A program made the translations under genes and the position numbers. The notes below the pieces were generated by a model, which searched no databases, was not told the origin of the DNA, and saw nothing but the letters and a program-made list of their open reading frames with translations. 64,000 bases of DNA. Source: the human T2T-CHM13v2.0 reference genome, Homo sapiens. How positions within the stretch are numbered: position 1 is the stretch's first letter; every line of letters begins with the position of its first letter. This document shows positions 50,635 through 64,000 of the stretch, piece after piece. The DNA is taken from the NCBI RefSeq assembly GCF_009914755.1, contig NC_060929.1; one strand, given 5' to 3'.

Positions 50635-51621
50635 CTCTACATTTCACCACAAAGCATGATGTTTGCCATAGGTTTCTGTGCTATGTATCATGTTGTGTAT
50701 CCAGTTAAGAAATTCCCTTCTGTTCCCAGTTTCCTAAAGAGTGTATATCAAGAATGGAAGATATTTTTTGTAAAAAAATTTTCACATTTATTCTTATGAT
50801 CACATGCTTTTATTCCCCTTCATTTTGGTAACATGGCAACATACAAAATCAACCTAGAATTCTTGGAATAAATGCAACTTAGTCAATTTTTTTTAATTTT
50901 AATCTTAATAGTTTTCAAGACTAAGCACGGAGCAGCAGGAGAAATCCCAAATACATTTAAACCTTCCAAAGCTGCTAACCACAAGAATGCTAGCCATTTC
51001 ATATTCAACAAGTTTGTCCTCTATCAGGCTTACAAAAGGAACACGACTGTCCACAGGTAAGGGTGGAATGAGAGGGTCTGCAAGTACCTATCAATCTTTT
51101 GGCTTCTAACACCAGCTTTTGCTTGAAGGAGCAGTAAAACTTTATGCTTCAGCCATTAGGCAGAGCCCTTCAGAGGATCAAAACACATGGCTAATCAATC
51201 CCATAGGATTATGTGAGTAGGGAGTACAAAAGGAATTTGCGAACTGGCAAAGGGCCTTTTATAGACTAGATTTTCAAAAAATATTAGCCTATTAACAGAT
51301 TTTTACCACCTATTTATCATAGACAACTTTCCTCATCTTTACTTTGTGCATATTAGAAGAAGTTGGAGGAACTTAAACTCTAAAACCATAGTCCTTTTAT
51401 CACCAAATCCTTGTTTTTATTACTAAGGAAAGAAATAGCTATCAACATTCTAACTAGAAAATACACGAATCTTTGTGTATGGAATAAGTACCCTAAAACA
51501 GAGAAACACACAAGCTCTAGAGTGATGGTGAGTTAATTCTGTGAGAAATACCTTTATCCAACTTTATTTGGTCTCTCTCGAGACCCCCATTCTGGAAATG
51601 GCTCATCAGGGCTGATAACAC

Positions 51622-51773
51622 TTTTTTTTTTTTTTTTTTGAAACAGGGTTCTGCTTTGTTACCCAGGCTGAAATGCAGTGGCACAATCATAGCTTACTGC
51701 AGGCTTAAACCCCTGGGCTCAAGCAATTCTCCCAAACAGCTGGGATTACAGGTGTGAGCCCTGACACCTGTCC
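51622..51773 (-). mobile_element. Monomeric Alu (FRAM/FLAM-like)
   Basis: Poly(T) followed by a single Alu arm of about 130 bp. Confidence 0.8.
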
Positions 51774-52180
51774 AGATGACACAGTCTGGCTGTAAGGTTA
51801 AAAGTTTTCCAAGTTTGTTACTCATTGTGTGTTTTTGCATTCTCTGCTAAATTCTAAATTCTTCCAAGGCTGTGAATGTATCTTGCCTTTCTTTTGTCCT
51901 GTCTTTCTTGGCAAAGTATTAAGGACAAAAGGGATTTGCTCAATTATTACTGAATTAGAGATGACAGGCCCATGGGAATCACCCCCGGACCCTGGCCCTG
52001 CTAACACCCTACTCTAATCAAATGTGTTACTGAAGAAAGTACCCACAGTGGCATCAAAGACAGAAACACTCTGCCAAAATAGAAATCCTAATAAACTCTG
52101 AAATCATCAGCTTCCTCTACATTTCTTTCTATTGTCTTTCCATTGATTTATGAGGTACGATGCTTACTGGACACCTTTAA

Positions 52181-52538
<358 letters not shown>

Positions 52539-54199
52539 GAGAGTACTTTTTAAATAGCTGATCATTTGTGAAATAAACACTCTGATCGTCTGATGGCTGC
52601 TGACTTTCAATTTGTTTTTTGTTTTTTTTTTTTCCTCCCAGGAACTTTTCCATGGCTCAATGTAATCATTTCCTCAAATGAGAAACATGCCTTTTGTAAA
52701 AAACAAACAAAACCCACTGTCATTGGTAGAAATTGGTGCTTCCTTTAACCCTGTCAGGCTCAGCCTGTTCCTTTCCACTCTTTATAAACTTATTTCCCTG
52801 AACAACCTTATTGGTGACACAGTTTGTATTGATTTGCCACTCATATCTCTACTTCTTCCCACAACCCCAGAATTGCTACAATTTGGGAGGAAAGAAGCTA
52901 TGGAAAATGACCAGTATCCCCTGCATTCCTGGCTCTTACCTTTCACTAGTGCCCTGACTCTAAGAATTTTCACTTAAATAACATCCCACAAGTTGCACCA
53001 ATTAATTTTAATTCATAGATCTCAGAGATCATCGGGATTTTTGAAGCTAGAAGGAACCTCAGTGATTGCCTAGTTGATTCTTTCGTTTTACCAAAATTAA
53101 GTTTTGGAATAAATGCATTATCCTAGATCTAGAGACAGAACCAAGATGCAACAAGTCTGAACCCTTTCTAGTGAATACATAGTACCACCCTATATGCATG
53201 AACCAAATCTGAGAAAATGAGCTCGCAGGTTTATGCACAGCAACTTGAAAATGTTCCCAACTCCCTCGAAACAACATGCTAATTTAATTTCAGCCAGCAA
53301 GACCTCTTTCCAAGTTCCCACCCCACCACCCAAAAAATAGGGTAGCAGGGCTGCCCTGAACATTGAAGCCTCTTGGGGAATTCCCTGACATATCCCAAGG
53401 AAAAAGGGTATTGATGCCCAGTTTCAACAGACCTTTCTCACATTCCTGATTCAGAAATCTTACCTAATGTGTATTAGGGTTCTACTGAAATCGGTCTCAA
53501 ACACCTTATCCAGCAACGTTTGAGAAATCTCTGTGCTACTTGTCCTGCCCACCCCAACCTCAAGCCTTGTCTTCCAGAATGGCTCCACAAAGAGGAGAGA
53601 ACAGAGACGGATCACCACCAGAGCCTGAGAAGAGGGCCTGTGAAAACTGCCCTCCTTCCAATCAAAAAGGATTTTTTTTTCCTGACTGCTATGTGAATAG
53701 AACGTTAAAAACTTGAACTTTGAGCTGTGATCCAATACCTGAAATTCCTTTCATTCCACAATTAAAGATAAGGCTTTCAGTGAAAACACAGCAGGAATGA
53801 GCATTCCCCAGACTCTTTAATGCCCAGGAAGAGATAAATGACTGACGTGGGCCATTTCTTAGAGATGGCTTTGGAGGAGGAGGAGGGAAAGGAGAGGTCA
53901 AGTGTACTAAAGGAAGAGTGAGCACAGGAAAATGAAAGGCTAGAGGCTTTGAAGAGAATCTCTGCCCACTTCACCATCTGCCCTGAACAATGCCAGATCT
54001 AATTGCTTCCAGAACTGCTCCTCACTTTAAAAAACAAAAATCTCCTTTGACCACAAAGCCAACTGCTACAGGTTTTTAAGTGGACAAGGATGTCTTTGGG
54101 TGGCATCTACCCAGATGAAGATGAATAGGAAATAGATCCTTATCCAGGTATATTAGAAAGCGACTTCAAAACATGTAATAAATTTGTGCTATCAATCAT

Positions 54200-54223
54200 T
54201 ATATTACCTCATGAGGTAATATA
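54200..54223. repeat. Perfect 24-bp palindrome
   Basis: TATATTACCTCATGAGGTAATATA equals its own reverse complement. Confidence 0.95.
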
Positions 54224-55339
54224 TATGAATATAGCCTTTTCAACTGGGGAGTTCAAAGTGAAAAAGGAACCATAGATTTGTAGAAAACAGCAAAATCAGC
54301 TTCCCAAGCACTCAGCAGAGTATCATATGTAATAGAAATCACACACACACACAAAAAGATAAAATCGATACACAGGTTAAAGGAATTTCCAGATTGGTAT
54401 GATTGTTTCCATAAGTGAAAAAGTGGAATTAAGGATGATATTGAGAATGTGGTAGAATGCAGTCCCTTTTTATTTTCTGAGGAGGTGGGGTGGGAAGCCA
54501 TTGAGAAAGGCAGAGAAAAAGAATGAGGATTGTGCTCCTGTTTACACACAGCCTGGGTTAATGTGTAATTGACAAGATTAATGGCTGCATAATAATTGCC
54601 TCTATTGTTTACTGTCTGGATGGTGGCCAGCCACCTTCCCGCTCTGCCCACCAATGGGTTTGGGTTTGTAAGGAATGCAGTCAGTGGCTGATAGGGTCTG
54701 TGTGCCAGGTGTAACCTTGCTAAAGAAGACATTCAAGAATCATACAGGGAGACCTGGTGAGGTTTTGCCATGGCAGGGCATGCCTTCTTCTTGTTGTAAA
54801 TAGTCTAACTTCAAATCTGCTAGGTGAGCTGTATCAGAACAGAGCCAGGCTTGGCCTGACCTAACTGCTCCACCTGAGAAAGACAAAGAAAATAAAACCT
54901 CAGGATGTAGAGAAAGGTCTCATTTCTGTCCTGGCCATACTGTGAACCAAAAAGCAGAGTGTTCCTCTGTGCCATTCCTCGCACTGTCCCGGGCTGTGCT
55001 GGGAAGTGCCCACCTTTCCCCCACAGGGATGCACAAATACCTTCCTCCCCACTCTTCCCTGATCTGCTTTCTAAGCTCTTGCCTCTTGTGCACTGTGAGA
55101 CAAGCAAACAGACCAAGACTCTGGGTCATGAACCGCAGACAGGATTTCCATGGAAAGGTACCATGCGTCCAACCCTTCTCCTGCTGATCTTGTCTTGTCT
55201 TGCCTCTCACAGGGACCAGCATGGTTTTATGTACAAAAACAAGAGCTACGTAATTCTCACGTGGCCTTGTTCTCAACTGGGTCACAAGTGTTCTTCTTGA
55301 TTACCTCAACCTTTGTGGTTTTCCATTCCCTAACAAATC

Positions 55340-55745
55340 AATTTTAGAGTCTTGACGTCTGAAGAGGCCCTCCTAGGGCTGGTACTAGTCTACCTTTCCT
55401 GTCTTCCCTTCCAGCCCAGCTTAGACTGCTTTACTGTGGAGCTCTATTCCTCCTTCCTTCCACCTAGAAGGTCTCCCTGCTACCCACTCTCTCTCAGTAT
55501 ATTCAAATCTAATCCCTCTGGTGCAGACTCCATAGTGTCTCCCTATTATACACTCTCACATCCTTTGTGCTTTTCCTTCATAACACTTACCCCTCCTGTC
55601 ATTAAGTAATGATTTGTGCAGTCATCAGTGGGGTGGCTCTCTCCCTTGCTAGACAGTAAGTTCCTAAAGACAAAAACTGCACATGCTGTGTTCTGTGATA
55701 CCTCTCTAAAAGAGGGTCTTTAGTATGTGCTTAAATCAGTTGTCA
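55340..55745 (+). mobile_element. L2 3' fragment
   Basis: Pyrimidine-rich sense L2 texture ending CTAGACAGTAAGTTCCTAAAGACAA...TAGTATGTGCTTAAAT; boundaries approximate. Confidence 0.5.
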
Positions 55746-56270
55746 AGTTAATAACTATATGAATACATGCAAAGACAAGTTCAAAATTTTCACTTCCTTG
55801 GTGAGCTCAACCTTCAGCCTCTCCAGCTGGGTATATTCTTGTTAGTCCATCTGAAGTAACAGGGGAACTTTGTGCTTCCCTGGCACTATCATTTCCCTGT
55901 TTTATTATCAGTATCTGGGCTTAGTCTTATCTCTCGTGCTTCTCTAAGCCTCCTTGAGAGCAGGGACTCTCATTCATTCTGTGTGTGGCTCACAACTCCG
56001 AACACAAAATTTTATGTAGCTGGGAGTAAAAAACTGTCAGCCAAGTAGTGGGCTATTTGTTTATTCAGTCAGTCATTCATTTGATGTCTATAGTCCTACA
56101 TTCTGTACACAGTCCTACATCCTCCACACACTACTTCTTCTATATTAAAATAACATTTTAAAGAATTTTCCCCAGTCTACAAATCTTATCATTTCAGAAT
56201 CTCAGCCATACAGCATATACTCTTTCCAGGGGCATTCCACTCCAGTCTGCAGTCTTGAGTTTAAAGACAT

Positions 56271-56641
56271 TGACATGGTTTGGCTCTGTGTTCCCATCCA
56301 AATCTCATCTCAAATTGTAATCCTCATATGTCAAGGAAGGATCTGGTAGGAGGTGATTGGGTCATGGGGCGGTTTCCCGCATGCTGTTCTCGTGATACAG
56401 AGGGAGTTCTTAATGAGATCTGATGGTTTAAAAGTGGCAGTTTCCCCTGTGTGCGCGCTCTCTCTCTCTCTCTCCTGCTGCCATGTAAGACTGGCCTTGC
56501 TTCCCCTTCTCCTTCCACCATGATTGTAAGTTCCTGAGGCCTCCCAGCCATGCAGACCTGTGAGTCAATTAAACTGCCTTCCTTTATAAATTACCCAGTC
56601 TCAGGTATTTCTTTATAGCAGTGTGAAAACAGACTAATACA
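56271..56641 (+). mobile_element. THE1D/MSTA-like MaLR solo LTR
   Basis: TGACATGGTTTGGCTCTGTG...GACTAATACA; TSD GACAT / GATAT (one mismatch). Confidence 0.9.
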
Positions 56642-57374
56642 GATATAAAGTCAAGGCATGAAGGTGCTCTATGTTTTTGACCACAGACAGCAGAAGAGGC
56701 AAGAGGCTGGAACAGTAGAAAAATAGAGGCAGCAAGAGTAAGTCCTTGCAACAGGTGGTTTAGGTGAATTAAATTAAAAGCCCTAAGACCCTAAGAAATT
56801 CAAAGCAGTAATAGGCTTTGAGCTTAAGTCTTCACCCTGTGTATACAGCATAGCCTTGGGAAAGTCACTTTTCTCCCCAGATCTGTTTTCTGATGGGTGG
56901 ATTGGCATGGATGATGTCTGTCTTTCAGATTGTATATGGGATTAGTATAATTTCTGAGAAATTTCTCTGTCAACTCAAAAGGGTTATGCAAATGGTATTA
57001 CCTAAATAAAAGCCCAGAGCTTCTAGTTTAGAAGACAAGGTGTGGGCACACAAGGAAAGAGGGGAGGTGGGCACTGAGGAGGCTGAAGTGAGAGGACAGG
57101 GAGCTTGTAGTTCTCCTGCAATGTATGAGGTAAACGAAACAGAGAAGCTTGAAAAGGGGAAGCAGAACCCTGTAGAAGCACCACTCAGGGCTAGGAGCAG
57201 GCTGGCTGCCAAGGGGCTCCCACAGAAAATGAGTCTGGAGAAGAAGAGGTGACAAAGGAAGACCAAAGTCTCTCTAAGGAGATTCTGCTGTACTTGCTAC
57301 TGGGAGGACGTAAGAGGATCAGTAAAAGCATCCAATGAAAGGAGGAGGAACCACAGAAGCCAATGCTGGAGAAA

Positions 57375-57813
57375 GTGGTTAAGCCAGGCAGTCTGGTCAG
57401 ATCACAATCCCATTTCTTCTTCCTGGACATGCAGCCAACTACAATTCTCAGACTCCCTTGTAGTTAGGTGTGGTCACCTGACTGAGTTCTAGCCAAAGTA
57501 ATGTGAACAGAATGATATGGGTCACTTCCAGACCAGGCACATACCGACCTTCTGCCTGTCTTTCTCTGTGCTGTTTTCCATCCTTGTGTGCGCACATTCA
57601 GGGTGACTTCAGAAGCCAAATGTTGAAGATGGTAGAGCCACAAGACAAAAGGATCAGGTTCCCAGATCACTGCTTGGAGGATAGAGACCTATCAGTCATG
57701 ACAACCATTTTAGACTCTATATCACCAAGAAAAAAAAAACAATTATATTGTTCAATCCAATGTACAATTGGGGGTGAGTTTATTAGAGCAGCTATCATTA
57801 CCTTAATTAGTAT
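57375..57813 (+). mobile_element. MLT1I/J-like MaLR LTR
   Basis: CCCTTGTAGTTAGGTGTGGTCACCTGACTGAGTTCTAGCCAA...GTTGAAGATGGTAGAGCCACAAGA. Confidence 0.7.
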
Positions 57814-59241
57814 AGCACGATGAGGCTAGAGAGGTGACTGAGGAGACCAATGGCTGCATTTTTAAATAATCAAGTGTAAATTATATAAGAGAGGAAGGAG
57901 AAACAGGTGGGAGAAAGAAGAGGCTGGTAGATGGTATCTATGGACGGTTTTTGAAGACAGGACTCCAAAATAAAGAATATTGAAATGTTCTTTTACACAA
58001 AGAATGTGCACCTCACGACCTGAACAGTCCACGTCCACTCCTGCTTGGCAGCTCCCATCTACTCCGTGACCCCGCCCCTAGCACTTAACCTTTCCTTGGC
58101 TTTCTATTTATAGCCAGAAAAGAAAAATACCAATCAAATTTCTGTAAAAGGTTGCCTAAAACTCCAAGTTCCTGTCCTGCTTTTCTCTTTTTCCCCCCAA
58201 ATAATTTTTGATTGTTTAATGTGGGAAAATGTTTTATGAGAATTGCATTCCTTTCTGAGCCGCTGCCTGGGTCATTAATTAAACAATAGACAAAGGGAAA
58301 CATTAACTCGAGGGGATTTTATAATAACAATCTTTAGGGCTGAACCAGGATTGGCTAAGAACATGAAAGGAATTGGAAGATTTGCGGCCATCTAGCTACA
58401 GGAGAACAAAGTTCACCTTTCCCTTCTTCTCCTCCCAACAGGTATGCTCCAAAGATGATGCCTCATTAATTCTGTGGTCCTGTCAGTTTCTAATATTTCT
58501 AAAATGTTCTCAGATGCTCAGGCAAGCACAGACCAATGAACGAATGTAGATACTAAAGGCAAAGTTTTACAGGACTCTAAAGCCATTCAGGCAAAGACAA
58601 GGTGTAAACAGAATTTATTCTAATTACTATTATTATTTTTATTATTTTAATCAGATAGGTCTATTCAGGACATGCAAGCTTAGCTTTTGAGTCTTGGTCA
58701 TAAACCTTTGGGCATTTTTTTCTAAGTCCTTGTAATAGCAACAATGAGAGATTAAGCTAGAAAATAAATCTACTAATGAGTAGCTATCTTATAATTAGTA
58801 AGCACTCTCCTTCATATAAAATTCCATGCCAGTCTCTAATAGCCACCCTCTGTACTCACGTAGAGCCTTTCATCTGAGATGCCCAAAGTACTTCTTGCTA
58901 ATACCAGTGCCAATTCTCTCAGAATTTCTGTAAGTCAGGGAACTAGAATTCCCATTCATACGGCATACTGACTGTTCCTGACATCTAAGCCCTTCTGTCT
59001 CCATCTTATGTAGTTGTAGGTGGGCCCCTGCCCCAGGTCACTGTGGTACCCACAGCTCAATGAAGGGGAGAAAGGATCCTATCAAGGTAGGAAATTCTGG
59101 TTGCAGCCACATAGGAGACAATGGGACAGAAAGGAAGCTACTTCATTGGAGTTAGGCCTGACTGCAAACCCTGGCTCCTGTGTTTCAGCAAATTAACTAC
59201 CCTCTCTGAGCTTCAGTTTTCTCATCTATAATCAAGAATGG

Positions 59242-59549
59242 GGCCAGGTACAGTGGTTTACACCTGTAATCCCAGCACTTTGGGAGGCCAAGGCACAAGG
59301 ATTGCTTGAGGCCAGGAGTTTGAGACCAGACCAGGCAACGTGACCCCATCTCTACCAAAAAAAAATTTTTTTTAAGTTATCTGGGTGTGGTGGGGCACAC
59401 CTGTAGTCCCAGCTACTCAGGAGGCTGAGGCAGTAAGATCCCTTGTGCCCAGGAGGTCAAGATTACAGTGAGCTATGATCATGTCACTGCACTCCAGCCT
59501 GGGCAATGAGTGAGACTCTGTTGAAAAAATAATAATAATAAAACAAAAA
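59242..59549 (+). mobile_element. AluJ element inserted in a MIR (~59140-59610)
   Basis: GGATTGCTTGAGGCCAGGAGTTTGAG; MIR core (CTCTCTGAGCTTCAGTTTTCTCATCTATA) upstream and MIR tail (GCACTCAATAAAT) downstream. Confidence 0.92.
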
Positions 59550-60015
59550 AGGATGTAATATAATAGTACAGTTCTTGACCCACATTAGGCACTCAATAAA
59601 TACTTGCTTGGGGTATGAGGCTGTATCAGCCTTCATATCCTCAATTTCATTGTATCTTTGAAAGTAAGCAATGTTGTGTCTGGTTAATACTTGGTTGAGG
59701 GCCTGCGTGGGAATAATGCTCATAGTAAGCACTCAGTAAATCCTAGTGGAATTGTCTTGCATTGGGAGAGTCTATTTCCAATGTCCATGCCACCCAAGCC
59801 AACTTGAGTTTTCCACAAGAACAATCCAATATTATCTCATGTAAATTCTAATCCCTGTGTTTGAAAGATTTTTTTTAGGTGCAATTGTAACCTCCCTCTT
59901 CAGTATACCTGGGTTGATTTTCCAAATCCCTTCCTGTTCTGCATTCATAACCAATGGGGAATACTGTTATGAATTGTATCACTTTGTTAAATACCAATAA
60001 AAAATTATTAGTTAC

Positions 60016-60323
<308 letters not shown>

Positions 60324-62279
60324 TTACAGGGATTTGTTGAAAGGATTTCTTATGTAAAATTGTCTTGTATAAACTTTAATGTATTAATTATACTTTGTGG
60401 ATTTGTTTGAATTATTTTTAGAATGTGAATCGTTTAGTCCTTTCAGATATTTGAAAACAAAATAATATACTTTGGATTATAAATATCATATTTTCATTAG
60501 ATTTTTCATAACTCTACCAAAAATCCAGTCATGCCATTCGGCAATCAAAAGCTATAAAGTTACGAGAAGCTCCAATTTTCTGGATCTGAAAATTAAAAAA
60601 CAATTTATAAACTTATTTGGAAGGCCATGATAATGACACCGCATTTACTCAGAACTCACTTATCTAACCTCAGCCTGTTCAAAATATTGAAATAACCAAA
60701 AAGTAAGAATGAGCTTGGAAAAGGGAAGCTTCTGAGCAGGCAAAATAGACATTAATATGTTAAACATCTATATTTCATGGTTGTGAATTTCATTGACAAG
60801 AGATCTTTTAGAATATCACTCAGAGCTAAGTACTCTTATTTTGTCCACAATGCTAACAAGTTTTTCATTCGATTTTGCCCATTGTTGGTGGATGAAAAGC
60901 AGCATATCAGAAGTGTGTAGACATTAGAGAGAAGAAGAGTTCTCCTGGGTGTCAGCCCATAAGCCAAGAAACCAGCTGGTTTTTGCATAACTATTTGTCT
61001 GGCACTTTAGCAGATATTAAGGGAGAGAAAAGTAATAGTGATTGTCCTTACCTTCCCCACCTTACACCTTGGTTGGTAGTAGAAAAGGGACACATACAGG
61101 AAACAACTAGAGAACAAATAAATTGTGCAGTACCGGCCATATGCACTAAAATAACTCAGAGAAGGGAGACATCAGCATGGAAGACAGTACAACAGATTTC
61201 ACTGAGACCAAATCTTCTGAAAAATTATAAATTACAGCAAGTTCTCTGTCTTAAAGATAAAAAAAACATCTGGAAAGTGGTATCTTGAAATCATTGTGGT
61301 AAACATTTCTCTTTGGCCCTAAGACCAATTTTGAGACAATTACATTTTTATTTTACCAGGTGGTAAGGCAGTTAAGAGTGGGGACCTGCCAGCACCCATT
61401 CTTTTGTCCTACAGAGCATATAGCTGTGCTGTGTACAGAAAAGCCAATTGTAGATATTTGTCAAATTGAATTTCCAAGTCAGGGCATATTAATATACTCT
61501 GTTAATTATCACATTAAAACCTAAACAGGTGGTAAATTTAGATGAGATGCAGAGAAAAATGCAAAACCAGCTAAGAGCTCAAACGGACTAGGAAATACCT
61601 AAAAGATTGGGGAGAAAAGCAAAGGTTTGCTCAGAAGAGATGAACAGGAAGTTTTAGGAAACTTCAAATATCTAAAACACAGGGATGATTTCTTTGCACA
61701 TACCTGGAAAACCAAATTAGGGGAAATCAACTTAAGGTGTAGAAGGAGCGATTTCGATACCAAGGCATTTGGAATGTACTCTTGAATAAAATTATGTTTT
61801 TTAATGTTTTCTTTCATATGCTGCTCTTTAAATGGTTCTGTGAAATAGCATGGAAGCAGAGTCATGGGTTCAGTGACACATTCAGTAGCCCTGGGCTGAA
61901 AGAACTGTGTAAGGCCCACTCCCCCACCCCACCCCACCAACCCTGCCAATCCACAAGAGCACTGATACCTTCTGAGAAGGGGCTCCTTCTCAATGGGGTT
62001 CATGCAGATTATACCTGGAATCAGGATTCTGAACAACTCCTTCATGAACCGCTCTGCTCATGACCCAGGTTGGGAAAGAGGCCCATCTGTCTGCTAGAAT
62101 CAGCGGGAAACAGTGATGGTAAAGGCATGAGCCAAAGGTTCTGAAGGTGGGAAAATGTACACACACAAGACTCGCTGCCTGACTCCTTGGACAAAGACAG
62201 ATGCTGGCTTGGTGTGATTTAAGGGACACCAAGATAATTCGCCAAATCTCTTTCCTATCAACAAGAAAAACAAGCAACG

Positions 62280-62480
62280 CAGTATAATGAAGAGAGGATT
62301 GTGCTAGGCCTGGGGAGGTCCGAGTCCAAATCTTGGTTCCATGTTATATTGATCTAGCTACTTCACCTTTCTGGGACTCAGTTTCCTCATAACAAGTTAT
62401 TCTGAGGACTAAATGAGATCATGTATTAAGTACCTGGTACAATAGTAGCCACACAGTACACGCTCATTCTGTGGTAGCTT
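62280..62480 (+). mobile_element. MIR
   Basis: CTCAGTTTCCTCAT...TGAGGACTAAATGAGATCATGTA. Confidence 0.65.
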
Positions 62481-62604
62481 CTATTCTGCAACAGCAGGGA
62501 CCTGCTTTTGACCTAAGCATTGTTAGGTTGTCACTATTGCCCTTCTGTAAATGAAAGTATAACAAGGAGTTGCTCTGCACACCCATAGATAAATACACAG
62601 GTAA

Positions 62605-62916
<312 letters not shown>

Positions 62917-63730
62917 TGAAGAAAACGGATGCTTTTATTTCTCCATATAATGGAATTCAGAAGTTCTGCACATACATCGAAGAATATTTTAAGAATAACA
63001 ATTATTCACCTGGACACTTCCAGACAAAACCAAAGGTTTGAATCCATGCTGGCATAGAAGACACAAGAAAGGGAAATCACAAATGACACAGTGGGAGCAC
63101 AGGAGTCTCACTCTCAGCGGGCCTGTGGCCAGTGACATTCTTCAGTTTTCCTTGCCATTGTCTGCTGCCCAATCAGCTCTACTTGGTAGAAGGAGCTGGC
63201 CACTGGATCCAGATGGAGCTGCTGGGAATGAATGCCACACTGGGCAAGCAGGGCCCTGTGGTTCCATAGGGAGGCGAGAGTACCAGGACTGCTCAGTGGA
63301 GAAGATGGGCACAAATTGAAACAAACCAAACTGCTTGACTGAATGCTGCTGCCCAGAAATATAATTGAGGGAGGCTAGGATTGGAGTGGGAATCAGTGAA
63401 CCTGGTTAGAGCTTTCTGGGGTAACTCAGAGGAAAAATTATGCAAAGTGAGTTGGGCAAATTAACTGTAGGAACTACCCTGATTTAGCAAGAGATAAGAT
63501 AGGGAGGAGTCTAGAGCAGAGAATGGAAAAAACAGGCAAAGCAAGGCCCAGTGCACAGGGCCCAGGCTGCCTCACCCAGACAGCTTCAGGAACTTGGATA
63601 GGAATACTAGAGATAAAGCATATTCTAGTCCCCAGGACCTGGGGCCTCAGTTCGAAACCTTTCTCTGTCTCTTTTTTTGCATGTAAATATAAAACAATGG
63701 CTGGCCACTAATGGTTGTTTCTCCCCAAAG

Positions 63731-63796
63731 TAAAACACAGACAAAGAAAACAAAAAGTTCCACCAGCCAGACGTAAACTAATGATATATGTTCCAG
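63731..63796 (+). other. Candidate spliced exon, probably non-coding
   Basis: Branch-point-like CACTAAT 63706-63712, acceptor GTTTCTCCCCAAAG, consensus donor CAG|GTAAGT. No transcript evidence is available from sequence alone. Confidence 0.3.
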
Positions 63797-64000
63797 GTAA
63801 GTGGTTATCTGCAAATCTGTCTTAGATCAAAGAATTCTCTCTCTCTTTTTTATTTTTGGTCTGTGAACAGGCAGGAAAAACTGGGGTTTCCCAGGCATGC
63901 ACACTTACTTGCTGCTCAAAGAAACACTCAATCTGTTAGAACTTTTTGATGGCATGTGAGGCCTAGGGTGTGATTTCCATTATCTATTAAATGGTAAGTA

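Noticed and set aside
61915-61935. C-run cluster giving a minus-strand G-quadruplex motif
   Set aside because: Such motifs are common and nothing nearby suggests a function.

Overview
Repeat-rich primate genomic DNA, almost certainly human: it carries an Alu with all five AluYa5 diagnostic bases. It looks intergenic or deep-intronic. I cannot recognise a protein-coding exon, tRNA, rRNA, snRNA or CRISPR array, and I could not name the locus. The longer ORFs in the track are Alu, Tigger1, L1 ORF2 or THE1-internal read-through, or chance frames. Main content: about 17 Alu-family insertions (many with intact target-site duplications, TSDs); a near full-length Tigger1 interrupted by three Alus; a complete THE1 (MaLR) provirus nested in an old L1PA, itself nested in an L1ME; solo LTRs (MER50-like, MLT1, THE1C/D, LTR33, LTR16, LTR78-like, an ERV1 LTR); and many MIR/L2 relics. 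The most interesting observations are small-scale. They are: a direct-inverted-direct micro-triplication forming a perfect 21-bp stem (47371-47455); a ~170 bp dispersed duplication (40208-40375 / 47095-47269); a foreign L1 patch replacing part of ORF2 (46168-46377); an RFX/NF-Y/ETS promoter-like island (~4700-5350); a recursive-splice-like site (58441); and a chain of well-formed non-coding + strand exon candidates (62495-63993). I found no evidence for a new multi-gene biological system. Repeat family names are assigned by eye from remembered consensus sequences and need RepeatMasker/Dfam confirmation.
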